DNA of 64,000 nt from an uncultured Bdellovibrionales bacterium (GCA_964421125.1 CAYQVD010000004.1:930-64929), one strand, 5' to 3'; counted from the stretch's first letter, positions 29,801-39,865 are shown. Made by a program: numbers and translations. The notes: generated by a model from the letters alone, not told the origin.

Positions 29801-30721
29801 ATTTGTAATGATGGATTCTATAGTCTTCTTTGCCCGGTTTATCCTTTTCAGTTATTAGCAGCTAAAGTGGCTCATGATGACGATGAAAAAATTCATGGTT
29901 ATTTTTGGGAGATAGACGGAGAAAGAATCGATGCTCCTCAGAATTGTGAAGGAGATGGCTGTAATCAGGACAAGGAGGATGCTTTAATTTATTTTCCAAT
30001 AACAAGAGCTTTTGAAGATATACAGGAAATAACATTAAATGTTCAAGTAGAAAAGACGTTTAATTCAGGAAAGGAGAGTGTAATTAAAAACTTAACTACA
30101 ACGAGATATATTTCAGTTAAGAATCCAATGGCTTTTATTAAATCAGAACCTCCTTATTCAGCTTGGAGTAGGGTTGAAAGAGATCCTGATTATAGTGGAG
30201 ATTATGTAAATATCTTTTATACTAATCCGGGCAAAAGAGTTGAATTTCGAGCTGATTTAGTCCCTTCTTATCTTGATCTAAATAATGATGAAGTTAGTTT
30301 AATATGGTCTCTGAATGGAAAAAAGGTTGATGAATATTTTATTGAGAATAATCCAGAGTTAGATGTTTTTGTTAATGAAGATAAAATTTCTTTTATTATA
30401 CCTAGTGTTGATTTTAAAGGAATGACGTTAGGAGTTAATGTAATTAAGCAACTTTCTAATAATGAAGATATAACTACTGCGTGGGGGGTCAATATTGGAA
30501 AAGATAAGTTAGAGGATTTTTCTTCTATTTCAATTAGGCCAGATTTATCAGCTTTAAATATAACTGGAGATATTGGTTCAGTGAAAATGTTTTTTGCTTC
30601 TACTGTTAAAAATGCACCGGAATATATTTTGTTTTCTTTGAAATTATCAGTGATTATTATGTTGATATGGGGTGCGTTATTTGGGTCAACAATTTTCTTG
30701 AATACTTATAAAAAAGATTAA
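26825..30721 (+). CDS. Large exported acidic surface protein with C-terminal membrane anchor
   Basis: 1298 aa; signal peptide, DTDGDGFVD motif, many Cys pairs, C-terminal TM segment. Confidence 0.75.
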   Translation: MKTKIKKILSIFLVIFLFIPYISLAESFGISGGNLDSLGTLGSVGSLGSLLGISSVSEFVTQGSATVEDRYGFDKNMMRRAQQKEDVPTAEINFSNTSPEEGDFVSATAYSQRFKNVAEDLYYTWYIVHVDQKGDYVDSSGNKIIKDCDEEEDKEECKEWNESAVIEKGKVEAMGRIARGDFDPALFGVDYDAIVNQGVNNDGTVYIDDDDGFYTPFGGREGVGGRDGDRDEIGGIGSYETEDENMKDKKRGIVRGDRITRCYRHNFGNVSGGVEDVDSGKDLIVECKHKFADPDYLEDYSGYKEMGDTIKKYTISCVNPGKIGDNKFDEEDEACWRLNPNSADTDGDGFVDEADLAGVGQSTFSWRYKEGDRVGVIIEGTSMTAINDDGSIPDEESDYKDEIAETAGIQEEENTLYIGGGFIEKASLVVAIREIFNREFDSASWNSANDETNIEDLIEAIDSAGVTKTGGIINAEELEEALHDGKTISSLQREFSNNHMEVDDYMNDDYIEITGQFSAKDLFLTLAGYFRINQYELRDIIMDQSLGVQLEIAEKIIPRLYNMYDWTLMTEAEALQTLEDDVWYCNSCGGPYEITSFLFEYWSGTDKNDPEEYYELTQEDINGWYFNELVLGDAGYNPLITTPQYPYAVSIPVDSVYHFFEDGINMFSTSLVQTSSEVETTLEDGLHAAFISSSSGSSQDDLEDDLAEFDSKSASSAYYKIMWAGLGICSKENDEDDEGGLDGNECAKNPEDYYENKNYEDYDMDENPEDGSKYDPTEYGFNYLETRPVLLKEAETLKTALIYSPRNPLYDDLNPFLSDTITIYSQLEDATVDSNFVHYDWEIYKCSSLNDDTCTESDANWLTKKCAGSTGKVLGLSLEECTEKSTGTIENVTMFTSDSLASGMGVSSISFTPNGYYSNEYETGNLLTDDSEGKLFFKIALKTKELNSSDTMALSTTMIQVDKKDLKIEFYKTRKNSDGEFTYLDEKEAEMEICNDGFYSLLCPVYPFQLLAAKVAHDDDEKIHGYFWEIDGERIDAPQNCEGDGCNQDKEDALIYFPITRAFEDIQEITLNVQVEKTFNSGKESVIKNLTTTRYISVKNPMAFIKSEPPYSAWSRVERDPDYSGDYVNIFYTNPGKRVEFRADLVPSYLDLNNDEVSLIWSLNGKKVDEYFIENNPELDVFVNEDKISFIIPSVDFKGMTLGVNVIKQLSNNEDITTAWGVNIGKDKLEDFSSISIRPDLSALNITGDIGSVKMFFASTVKNAPEYILFSLKLSVIIMLIWGALFGSTIFLNTYKKD

Positions 30722-30757
30722 TAAAAAATGAGAAATATTTTATACTAGTTTTAATTT

Positions 30758-31876
30758 ATGACAAAAAAAATTTTTATTATTTCTTCTATTCTTTTTTTAA
30801 TTGCTGGGATTTATTTATTTGTTCAGTTTTTTTTGTTTCAAGAGAAGCCTATTATTCATGAGAATAAAACAAAGGATGATTTAAGCGTATTAAGCAATAA
30901 AGAAAATAGTCTTGATAAAAAGATAGAGAGAGTTATTAAAGAGGAGGTAGTAACTCCCTTAATGGATGTTTCTGGTAATAAAATTTTATACTTTAATCAA
31001 GGTAATTTTCTTTTATCAAACTTGAAAGGTACTGTAAAGTCATCAATAGGTGCCTATCCATTTAATGTGTTGGAAGAAATAAAATGGTCTTCAGATAATA
31101 ATCAGGCAATTATCAAAGATGCTGATAAATATTACATTTTTGATATTAGCAGTTTAGACGCAAAACCTTTTAAGTCAGATGCAGATAATCTTATTTGGGG
31201 AAGTAAAAAAGACCAGGTTATTTATAAGTTTTATGACTCAAATTCTCAGAAGCGATCATTAAATATTGCTGATTCAAGTGGGGCAAGTTGGGAAGAGATT
31301 ACAGAAATTCCTTTTCGTTATGCTGAAATAGAAGTAAATTCAAAAGATAAAAAAGTGGCTCTTTTTTCTTTGCCGAAAGCTTCTCAGGAAACACAGCTTT
31401 TTATTGTGGATTTATTAAAAAAGGAGAAAAGAGAAATTGAAAAGAAGTATAAGGGAGCAGATTATCGATGGTCACCAAATGGAGAAAAACTTCTTTTTTC
31501 TTATACAAAAGATAGCGGAAAAACTAGCTTAGCTATTTTAAATATTAATGATGAAAGTGTTTCAGAATTGAATTTTCCAGGATTAGTAGATAAGTGCGTT
31601 TGGCTAAGTGATTCAATCGGTATTTATTGTGCTAATCTTACTTATAGTGATACAGAAGTTGTTCTTCCTGACGACTGGGAGTCTGGAAAAATATCTTCAT
31701 CAGATACTTTTTGGAAAATAGATACTGTTAAGGGAGAACAAAAAAGAATTCTTGAGTTAAATGAAATAAATGAAAATGTTGATGCAACTTCTTTGTTTAT
31801 GGATAAAGATGAAAAGATTCTGTTTTTTGTAGATAAAAAAACTAATAATTTATTTAGAATTAAACTAGAAAACTAG
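30758..31876 (+). CDS. Membrane-anchored beta-propeller (TolB-like) protein
   Basis: N-terminal TM segment; WSSD and WSPNGEKLLF repeats; DKCVW. Confidence 0.7.
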   Translation: MTKKIFIISSILFLIAGIYLFVQFFLFQEKPIIHENKTKDDLSVLSNKENSLDKKIERVIKEEVVTPLMDVSGNKILYFNQGNFLLSNLKGTVKSSIGAYPFNVLEEIKWSSDNNQAIIKDADKYYIFDISSLDAKPFKSDADNLIWGSKKDQVIYKFYDSNSQKRSLNIADSSGASWEEITEIPFRYAEIEVNSKDKKVALFSLPKASQETQLFIVDLLKKEKREIEKKYKGADYRWSPNGEKLLFSYTKDSGKTSLAILNINDESVSELNFPGLVDKCVWLSDSIGIYCANLTYSDTEVVLPDDWESGKISSSDTFWKIDTVKGEQKRILELNEINENVDATSLFMDKDEKILFFVDKKTNNLFRIKLEN

Positions 31877-31901
31877 AAAACTAGAAAACTAGAAAAGTAG
31901 A
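31862..31901. repeat. 8-bp tandem repeat (AAACTAGA)x4 plus a degenerate copy
   Basis: Seen directly; carries the stop codons of both convergent genes. Confidence 0.85.
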
Positions 31902-33112
31902 AGTATAAACCAAAACAAAAGAGTAGTATCGTTGTGCCAAATTGTTGTGTCGAAAATTCCGTGGATAAGGAAATAAATTAATATAGTAAAAGCCAAGAGT
32001 ATTTCTGGCTTTTTTTGTTGTTTATTTGAAAATAGTTTTATAATAACTAAGATAAAAAAAGAGATAAAAGCGATAACTCCAAGCTCAAGATAAATATGAA
32101 GAAAATTATTATGGGCGTGAGGGACTGCCCATTGTGGATAGGGATCGAAATATTTTTGATTATTTAAGTAAAAAAATTGGAAATTTCCAGGACCGATTCC
32201 CCATGGGGAATTATTTTTAGCGATTTTTTCACTAGATTGGTAGATTGCAATTCTGGAATCAAAAGAGGATGTTTGAAGAGAGGGAATGTAGGCTAATTTA
32301 TTGGTAAAAAAAGAAGTGTTTAATATTATTAGTGTGGAAGTAAAGATTAATAATAAAATAAAAATTTTTAATGCTTTGGTTAAAATAAAGCTTTTTTTTC
32401 TTAATAGGTATAAAAAAATTATTGATATTAATATTGCAATGATTGCTCCAAATGATTTTGTAAAAATAAAACTTATTATTAAAAAAATAAGGATTAGTAT
32501 TATCAAACAGAAAGATTCTTTTTCCGATAGAAATTTTTTATTCAAGGATTTTTTGTAAAATAACATCCAAATTCCAATTATTATTGCTGGTGATAGAACC
32601 ATTGCAAGGTGATTTGGTGAATCATAAAAGAGAGATAGTCTTTTGTCAAAAGTGAGGTTATTTGTAATAATAGTTATCATTCCAAGAATTGAAATAATGC
32701 CCGTGGAGATAAGAAAACTTTTCCAAAGGTCGAAACTTTTAATGAATGCTTTGCTGATAAAAAAAGAGGTAAATATTGAAAAAATGATTGGTAGTATTAT
32801 AAAGCTTTTTATGAGTCCAAGACTATTTGTCCAGTCGGAGGCTGATAAATTAATAATCCATGCAATAATTGCACTAAATATAAATAATACTAAAAATATG
32901 AGAATTAATAAATGTTTTTTTGTCCAATAATTCCAAAAATCAGTGGTCCATTTTTTTATTATTAAAACATAAAGACTAGCAATAATAGTTCCTATCAGAA
33001 GGATATCAAGAAAGTTAATGCTGGCATTTTTAAAAATTGAAATACGCCATAAAAAAGCGAAAGAAAGTAAAAAGGGGAGGTAAAAAAAGATTTTTAAATT
33101 AAGATTTTTCAT
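31889..33112 (-). CDS. O-antigen ligase-like (Wzy_C) membrane protein
   Basis: TKSFGA, SR..IY, GIGPGNF, HAHNNFL...ELG. Confidence 0.85.
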   Translation of the reverse strand: MKNLNLKIFFYLPFLLSFAFLWRISIFKNASINFLDILLIGTIIASLYVLIIKKWTTDFWNYWTKKHLLILIFLVLFIFSAIIAWIINLSASDWTNSLGLIKSFIILPIIFSIFTSFFISKAFIKSFDLWKSFLISTGIISILGMITIITNNLTFDKRLSLFYDSPNHLAMVLSPAIIIGIWMLFYKKSLNKKFLSEKESFCLIILILIFLIISFIFTKSFGAIIAILISIIFLYLLRKKSFILTKALKIFILLLIFTSTLIILNTSFFTNKLAYIPSLQTSSFDSRIAIYQSSEKIAKNNSPWGIGPGNFQFFYLNNQKYFDPYPQWAVPHAHNNFLHIYLELGVIAFISFFILVIIKLFSNKQQKKPEILLAFTILIYFLIHGIFDTTIWHNDTTLLFWFILLLF

Positions 33113-34361
33113 TAGGAATGGCAAGAAAAATTAAAATTAAGGGGAAAATTCTTATAGAATAAAAAGGTGTTTCAAAAAGGGAAAAAATAAAGAGTATAAT
33201 AAAAAAAGAGATGATTATATTATTTAAATTAGAAGCATTATTTTTTTTGTGAAGAGAGGAATGTGAAAAAACTGCAACAAAAATTAATAATAATAGAATT
33301 ATTGATAAAATGCCAATTTCTGAGCCGAAATCAAGAAAGAGATTATGAGCATAAATTGGTTCACGAAAGGATGATGATGGTTTGATGTGATAGGAAAAAT
33401 TTCCAATACCAACTCCATTCCAAGGATGTTTTTTAATTAGATCTATTGATTTTCCCCACATCTCAAGTCTTCCTTGATTTGACCCTTCGTTTAAATTGAA
33501 AGAAGAGTTAAATCTTTTGGAAACAGGATTGGGTGTTATGATTATAGCTAATATTAAAAATAATCCAAACAAATAAATCCAAATATTTTTCTTTTGCTTA
33601 ATTGCTTGGCTTAATTCTGTTATCCCGAGGATTATTAAAAATATAAGTACTGCTAGGTAACTAGATCTACTAAAGCTTAACATAATAGCGATTAACTGAA
33701 AAAGAGCAATTATTAGGTAGATTTTGTTTTTTGTTTTTTTAAAGAAGTACCAAGAGACTGGTATGGAAAGTGCGATAAAAAGACTGAAAAGATGAGGATC
33801 AGGAAATGTTCCAAAAGCTCTTAGTATTGTTTCCCCATTTATATTTACTAGCCAGCTAGAATATTGATGAACGGTTTCTGCAAAATTTTTCCCCAGAAAG
33901 AATCGACTGTTTACTTGCCATAGATTTAGTGAGGTACTTATTCCAACGATAAATTGTAATAAAAATTGAAATATTCCTAGAATTGCCTGAACAAGACTTG
34001 TTGCTAGAATTATTTTTAAAAAAGCGTTTTTTGAGAGATTTTTTTTAAATAAATCAAAAGCTACAAGATAAACTGGAAAGATGGAAAAAATAAAAAGAAT
34101 TTTTCTCCAAGCCCTTTGTTGTTCTGTAGCCCAGAAAATAGAAAGGAAAATAAGTGTTAAAAAAAGAATAAGGAATAAAAATCGAGGTCTAGTATCAATA
34201 AATATTTTTTTATAAAAGAAGGATTCTCCTATCCAAATTAAAAAAAGAATAGGAATAATAACTCTAATTAGACTTAGATCAATCCCGGAAACAGGATTAA
34301 TGGCAAAGCTAAAGGGAAGAACGACTATAGTAACTAGAAAGATTATTTTAGATATTCTCAT
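33099..34361 (-). CDS. O-antigen ligase-like (Wzy_C) membrane protein
   Basis: RAFGTFPDPH, SFSRS, GRLEMW, GVGIGNF, AHNLFL. Confidence 0.87.
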   Translation of the reverse strand: MRISKIIFLVTIVVLPFSFAINPVSGIDLSLIRVIIPILFLIWIGESFFYKKIFIDTRPRFLFLILFLTLIFLSIFWATEQQRAWRKILFIFSIFPVYLVAFDLFKKNLSKNAFLKIILATSLVQAILGIFQFLLQFIVGISTSLNLWQVNSRFFLGKNFAETVHQYSSWLVNINGETILRAFGTFPDPHLFSLFIALSIPVSWYFFKKTKNKIYLIIALFQLIAIMLSFSRSSYLAVLIFLIILGITELSQAIKQKKNIWIYLFGLFLILAIIITPNPVSKRFNSSFNLNEGSNQGRLEMWGKSIDLIKKHPWNGVGIGNFSYHIKPSSSFREPIYAHNLFLDFGSEIGILSIILLLLIFVAVFSHSSLHKKNNASNLNNIIISFFIILFIFSLFETPFYSIRIFPLILIFLAIPNEKS

Positions 34362-34365
34362 TTTA

Positions 34366-35130
34366 TTAATGGCCTTTAGTGATTTTTCTGATTATTCTTA
34401 ATAAATATTGTTGAAATAAATTATGATGTTTTTGAAAAAAAAGATCTTGTGACTTATAATAGTGATTTTTCTGACCTTTTTTATTATTCCAGCTTTTTCC
34501 GTCGTGATGAAGAACTTTGAAATCAGGATAAAAAAGAATTTTTTTATTCTGTTCTTTAATTCTTAAACAAAGATCTTGATCTTCAAAATACATAAAAAAG
34601 GTTTCATCAAATCCTCCTACTTTAATAAATTGTTTTCTTGAAATTAAAAGTGTTGTTCCAGAAACCCAGTCGACGCTGACGGGGTTTTTTTTATTCCAAG
34701 ATTTTTTAATTGTGTTGCGAAAAAGAATTTGTGAAAGAGAGGTTTTTTTGCCACTAGTCCAGGGTTGAGCTCTTTTTGTAGAATTTTGAATTATTTGTGG
34801 TCCTATTGTAGCAATTTTTTTATTTTTTTGAAGAAATTTAATTGCTTTTTCTAGTGAATTATCAATAAATTCAAGATCAGGATTAACAAATAGAAGCCAT
34901 TCTTTTTTGGCATTATGAGCGCCGACATTACTAGCTGCCCCGAATCCAATATTTTCCCCTTTATGGATAATATTAGTTCGAACCAAATGATTATCTATTT
35001 TAAGTCTCTTTTTATCGTTATTTACAATGATTAATTCGATTTTATTTGTATCGAGATGTTTTTTAATAGAAGTGATAAGTTTTTCCAAATAGTTTTTGCT
35101 ATTGTAGTTGACTGTAATAATAGATATCAT
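34366..35130 (-). CDS. Glycosyltransferase family 2
   Basis: SIITVNYN, NIGFGAA.N, LFVNPD, GGFDE.FFMYFEDQDLC. Confidence 0.92.
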   Translation of the reverse strand: MISIITVNYNSKNYLEKLITSIKKHLDTNKIELIIVNNDKKRLKIDNHLVRTNIIHKGENIGFGAASNVGAHNAKKEWLLFVNPDLEFIDNSLEKAIKFLQKNKKIATIGPQIIQNSTKRAQPWTSGKKTSLSQILFRNTIKKSWNKKNPVSVDWVSGTTLLISRKQFIKVGGFDETFFMYFEDQDLCLRIKEQNKKILFYPDFKVLHHDGKSWNNKKGQKNHYYKSQDLFFQKHHNLFQQYLLRIIRKITKGH

Positions 35131-35258
35131 GAAAATTGTATTATTTATTCCTATATATTAGTTTACTAGTAAACTAGCTTATTTTCAAATAATATATATT
35201 TATATTGAGAAAAAAAAGAATACATGTTAAAATAAAAAAAATAATTTAATTAAAAATT

Positions 35259-35981
35259 ATGCCAAAAAAGAAGATAAAGATAAAAATAAATCACGACACT
35301 CTTTTTTCTGATGTAACAAAAAAACAAAAAGATGATGCGGTTGAGACTATTATTGAAGCCTCTTGTCCGCGAAAGAGTTTTTTCGTTATGACAACAATTT
35401 CTGCGATTATTTGTACTTTAGGGATTATGACAAATAATGCAGCAATAATAATTGGAGCAATGTTGGTGGCTCCAATGCTTTCTTCAATATTAGCTATTTC
35501 CCTGGGAGTGGGGATGGGAGATTTTAAATTGATATATCGATCATTAAATGTGATTTTAAAGGCAGTTGTTCTCGCGATAGGATTTTCTTTTTTAATCTCT
35601 CTAATGTTGGATAAACCAGCGGAATTTAATCATGAAATGTTGCTTCGAATTAAGGTGTCTACAGAAACACTAATAATTGCTCTTGTAGCAGGTATAGCAG
35701 CTTCTCTTTCTATGATTAGACATGAACTTCGACAATATCTTGCAGGAACAGTTATTGCTGTAGCGTTGATTCCACCTCTTTCAATGAGTGCAATTGCCTT
35801 ACGAATGTTTGAATTTCAAGTGTTTTATAATTCCCTAATGGTTTTCGTTTTTAATCTCATTGGGATTGTTCTTTCTTCATTGCTTGTCTTTTCGTTGACT
35901 AAGTTCTACACTTCTCAGGATAAGGTTGTGGAGGAATTGAAAGAAGAGGGAGATTTACTAGGAAAAGAAGAGAACGTGTAA
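35259..35981 (+). CDS. DUF389 / TIGR00341-family membrane protein
   Basis: IIGAMLVAP and GTVIAVALIPPL motifs. Confidence 0.85.
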   Translation: MPKKKIKIKINHDTLFSDVTKKQKDDAVETIIEASCPRKSFFVMTTISAIICTLGIMTNNAAIIIGAMLVAPMLSSILAISLGVGMGDFKLIYRSLNVILKAVVLAIGFSFLISLMLDKPAEFNHEMLLRIKVSTETLIIALVAGIAASLSMIRHELRQYLAGTVIAVALIPPLSMSAIALRMFEFQVFYNSLMVFVFNLIGIVLSSLLVFSLTKFYTSQDKVVEELKEEGDLLGKEENV

Positions 35982-35998
35982 AAAGGGAAAATAATTTT

Positions 35999-37444
35999 AT
36001 GAAGAAAAGAAGATATTTTACTACCACATTGCCATATGTAAATGCTCATCCTCACATTGGGCATGCAAGAGAATTCGTCCAAACGGATGTTTTTTGTCGT
36101 TTTTATCAAGAAAGGGGATTTGAGACTTTTTTAAATACAGGAACAGATGAGCATGGCCTAAAGATTTATCGAAAGGCTCAAGAAGAGGGCTTAGATGTTA
36201 AGGACTATGGAAGAATTCAATCACAGTACTTTATTAATCTAGCTGAAAGTCTCAATATGAAATGTGATGCATTTATTAGAACGTCTGATGAAAAACACAC
36301 TAAAGCAGTTCAGGAATTTTGGGAAAGATGTGATGATAATGGGTATATTTACAAAAAGGAATATAAAGTTAAATATTGTGTTGGTTGTGAGTTGGAGAAA
36401 ACTGATTCTGAGTTAGTTGATGGATTTTGTCCGGATCATCCAGGTCAGGAGATAGAAATTATTGAAGAAGAAAACTACTTCTTTAAATTTTCAGCATTTG
36501 AAAAAAAATTATTGGATTTTTATAAAGAAAATCCTGATTTTGTTAAACCAGAAAAGAGATTTAGAGAGATTATTTCTTTTGTTGAAGGAGGACTTAAGGA
36601 TTTTAGTATTTCTCGTGTGAAAGAAAAGATGCCTTGGGGAATTGAGGTTCCAGGAGATTCAGGTCAGGTTATGTATGTTTGGTTTGATGCATTGGTAAAT
36701 TATATTTCAACAATTGATTGGCCTCAGGATCAAGAAAATTTTGAGAAATGGTGGCCAGCAACTCAATTCTGTGGAAAAGATAATCTTCGTCAACAAACTG
36801 CAATGTGGCAGGCAATGTTGATGGCGGCCGATTTACCTGAGTCTAAAAAGATTTATGTAAATGGCTTTGTGAATGTAGATGGTAAAAAGATGAGTAAATC
36901 AATTGGAAATGTAATAGATCCTACTGATATGATTGAGAAATTTGGAACGGATGCTACGAGATATTTACTAGTTTCAATTGGGAGTTTTGGAGAGGATTCT
37001 GATACGAGCTGGGAAAAGTTAACTGAAAAATATAATGCAGATCTTGCAAATGGTATTGGAAATCTAGTTTCTAGAATTGTAACTTTGTATCAAAAAACTG
37101 AGAACAATCTTCTTAATGAAGAAGATGTTTTATTGAGAATAAAAGATCAATCTAAAGATGAGATCATCAAATTATTAGAAGAAGGGAAATTAGAAAATAT
37201 TCTTACTTCAATTAGAATTAGAATTGCTTATTTAGACGGAAAAATTGAAAAAACAAAGCCTTGGGAGTTGATAAAGACTGATATCGAGCTTTTTGAAAAA
37301 GAAATGACAGAATTAATAAATGTTTTATATGAAATTGCTCTAATGATAAAACCTTTTATGCCAGAAACTTCAGAAAAAATTCAAAAAAGCTTAAAGGATA
37401 AAGAAAAAGTAAATTTATTTCCTCGATTTGTAGTGAAAAATTAA
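35999..37444 (+). CDS. metG: Methionyl-tRNA synthetase
   Basis: PYVNAHPHIGH, GTDEHG, YVWFDAL, KMSKS. Confidence 0.97.
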   Translation: MKKRRYFTTTLPYVNAHPHIGHAREFVQTDVFCRFYQERGFETFLNTGTDEHGLKIYRKAQEEGLDVKDYGRIQSQYFINLAESLNMKCDAFIRTSDEKHTKAVQEFWERCDDNGYIYKKEYKVKYCVGCELEKTDSELVDGFCPDHPGQEIEIIEEENYFFKFSAFEKKLLDFYKENPDFVKPEKRFREIISFVEGGLKDFSISRVKEKMPWGIEVPGDSGQVMYVWFDALVNYISTIDWPQDQENFEKWWPATQFCGKDNLRQQTAMWQAMLMAADLPESKKIYVNGFVNVDGKKMSKSIGNVIDPTDMIEKFGTDATRYLLVSIGSFGEDSDTSWEKLTEKYNADLANGIGNLVSRIVTLYQKTENNLLNEEDVLLRIKDQSKDEIIKLLEEGKLENILTSIRIRIAYLDGKIEKTKPWELIKTDIELFEKEMTELINVLYEIALMIKPFMPETSEKIQKSLKDKEKVNLFPRFVVKN

Positions 37445-37534
37445 TAAACATTCATTTTACTTGAAACAGTTCCTGTAACTAGTAGTCGTAAGGACGGACG
37501 TAAGTACGTACGTCATTACGAAATAAAATTTAAA

Positions 37535-38773
37535 ATGAAAAAACAAAATAGAAAAAGACAAAACTTGTTTTTACTAAGACTACGACAGACAAAACAATTC
37601 AAAACAATTCTCATTCTAATAATATTTTTTAGTTTTTTTGGGTTGGTGAAAAGTTCTAATGCGGTTTGTCCTGATCCGTATCCAGACGGAATGATATTTT
37701 GTGACGACTACGAAGACTGGGTCTGGGAAGAAATGCTTAATCCTGACACCGGAGAAGAAACAGGAGAATATACATGGGTTCACAATAAATATTATTCAAC
37801 ATCGTATGCAGAGTGGTACGGCAGTTTTCAGGCACACAATTTTAGATCAACAGATGCTTATAGCGGAGAATATTCTTTTAATAAAGATTTTCATAGACCG
37901 TATTATCATGCAACAACTATAGGTTTAACTGGACTGGGATATGGAAACACTGAAAACTTCAATCTAGCAGACGCGATGGATGGAGAAACCCAAGCATATT
38001 TCAAATGGCAACAAAAATTCGAAGAAGATATTGATTGGAGTGCAGGTTCTCAGCATAAATTATTATATATCAATTATCAGAATCAGGGTGATTTTGTATA
38101 TGTAATAAACATCGGTGGACCTAATAGTTTCCATGTAACTGTTAGTCCTCAAACACCTTATGAGGCAACTCTCTCTCATTACGCACATTATGATTATTCA
38201 GACTCACTTGATGATGACCAATGGCACACATATGAAGTGTATTTGGATTGGACAAGTACAGAAGTCCCTGTTATGTATTTTAGTAATGGCAATGTAGAAC
38301 CTGAGGTATCAGATGGATTCCATGGCAATTATATTCAAGGAATGACCTCAGGTGCTAGAGGATATATTCAAAACATAGATGTCACATCAGGAAGCTTTGC
38401 GGGAGGTGATGCTATGGGAACATTTCAGCTTCTTTCGGTTACAGGTGAATTTGAAGATGGTGAATCCATGCTAAATAATGGGCTAGGTGTCGATAATTTT
38501 GCGACAGTCGTTCATTCCCCAATAAATAGCGGAACCTGTTGGGCAAAAATTGATGGGAATATATTATCAAGTAGCATCGGCAGTTGCTATATAAGAGATT
38601 CAGATGAACCTGGAGATGACTTGGTTAAATTTTCTTTTCCTGCTAATTGCCCTCCTGCTGGAGAAAAACCAGGAATCGCAAATGAATAGGTGGATGACTT
38701 GGAAGTCTGGAACGAGCTTCCTGATTCTGACACCACTCCATCATCATATCCAACAAATTTGATTGTTAATTAA
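37535..38773 (+). CDS. Secreted beta-sandwich (LamG/lyase-like) protein with a TAG 27 codons before its apparent natural end
   Basis: Signal peptide; DDQWHTYEVY motif; ORF stops at TAG 38687-38689 but the frame continues VDDLEVW...DTTPSSYPTNLIVN to TAA 38773. Confidence 0.6.
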
Positions 38774-38810
38774 TTTAGATTTATAAATTAAGATTTTTAA
38801 TAAAAAATAA

Positions 38811-39602
38811 ATGATAGATACACATACACATTTGGATTTTGAGAATTTTAATGAAGATCGAGATGATGTTATTGAAAATTTCTTTAAAGATAACGGGAGG
38901 GCAATTGTAAGTATTGGTGTTAATGAAGAGCGAATTCAAAAAACAATTGAAATTTCTAAAGAATATAAAAACGTGTTTGTTTCAGTTGGTTTTCATCCAG
39001 AAGAAATTGAAAATCTTGAGAATTTTGATGATATCGAAAAGTATCTTAAAAAAGTTATCAAGGAAAATGATAAAGTTGTTGCAATTGGTGAAATTGGTTT
39101 GGATTATTTTCATTCGAAAAAAGAATCAGAACATCAAAAACAAAAAGAGCTTTTTGAGATTCAATTAAAATTAGCTAAAGAGTTAAGTCTACCGGTAGTG
39201 GTGCATTGTCGGGACGCTTATGCTGATATGTTTGAGATTCTATCCAAAGAAGAATATCTAGAAATTTCAAAAGTTTTACATTGTTATTGCGGGGAGCCAG
39301 AGCATACTAAAAGGTTTTCTGAGCTTAAAAATTTAATGTTTTCTTTTACAGGGAATATTACATTTGTTAAAGATGACAATTTTTTATTAGAGTCTTTAAA
39401 AATGATTCCAATAGAAAAAATTATGACAGAAACCGATTGTCCTTTTCTTGCGCCTGTTCCACAAAGAGGAAAAAGAAATGAGCCAAAATTTGTTCGATAT
39501 GTTATTGAAAAAATAGCAGAAGTAAAAAAAATAAGCGCAGAGAAGGTTGAACAACAAGCTGATCAAAATGCAATTGATTTTTTTAAATTAGATATTTCTT
39601 AG
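38811..39602 (+). CDS. tatD: TatD-family hydrolase
   Basis: IDTHTHL, GFHP, AIGEIGLDY, HCR, ETDCPFLAP. Confidence 0.95.
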   Translation: MIDTHTHLDFENFNEDRDDVIENFFKDNGRAIVSIGVNEERIQKTIEISKEYKNVFVSVGFHPEEIENLENFDDIEKYLKKVIKENDKVVAIGEIGLDYFHSKKESEHQKQKELFEIQLKLAKELSLPVVVHCRDAYADMFEILSKEEYLEISKVLHCYCGEPEHTKRFSELKNLMFSFTGNITFVKDDNFLLESLKMIPIEKIMTETDCPFLAPVPQRGKRNEPKFVRYVIEKIAEVKKISAEKVEQQADQNAIDFFKLDIS

Positions 39603-39670
39603 AGAGTGGACAAGATAAAATGTTTATTTTCTTTTGATTATGGACTACTAAGTGAGTGAGAGGAGTTGAG

Positions 39671-39767
39671 AATGTAGAATCTTTATTTTTTTCACTGAAT
39701 TTATTTTTGCTAATTCAAAGTCTTTCTTTTTAATATCATTACGTTCAAAAAATAAAGATTCTACATT
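39671..39767 (-). repeat. Long-stem structured element, copy A
   Basis: 21-bp perfect inverted arms enclose the conserved cores TTCACTGAATTTA and ATATCATTACGTTC. Confidence 0.75.
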
Positions 39768-39811
39768 TCATAATATTAGAGATAAATTTAAGGGAGTTGT
39801 TATAAAAAAAC

Positions 39812-39842
39812 AAAAAGCTTATTCATATGAATAAGCTTTTTT
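39812..39842. terminator. Bidirectional terminator between tatD and infB
   Basis: AAAAAGCTTATTCATATGAATAAGCTTTTTT perfect palindrome with A/T tails. Confidence 0.7.
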
Positions 39843-39865
39843 GTATATTAAAGTGCTGTGTATTG

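Noticed and set aside
4432-38773. TAG (or TGA) stop-codon reassignment
   Set aside because: Two in-frame TAGs exist, but TAG terminates conserved genes normally (e.g. tatD, MFS, DUF4349) and core genes are intact under code 11 without internal TGA.
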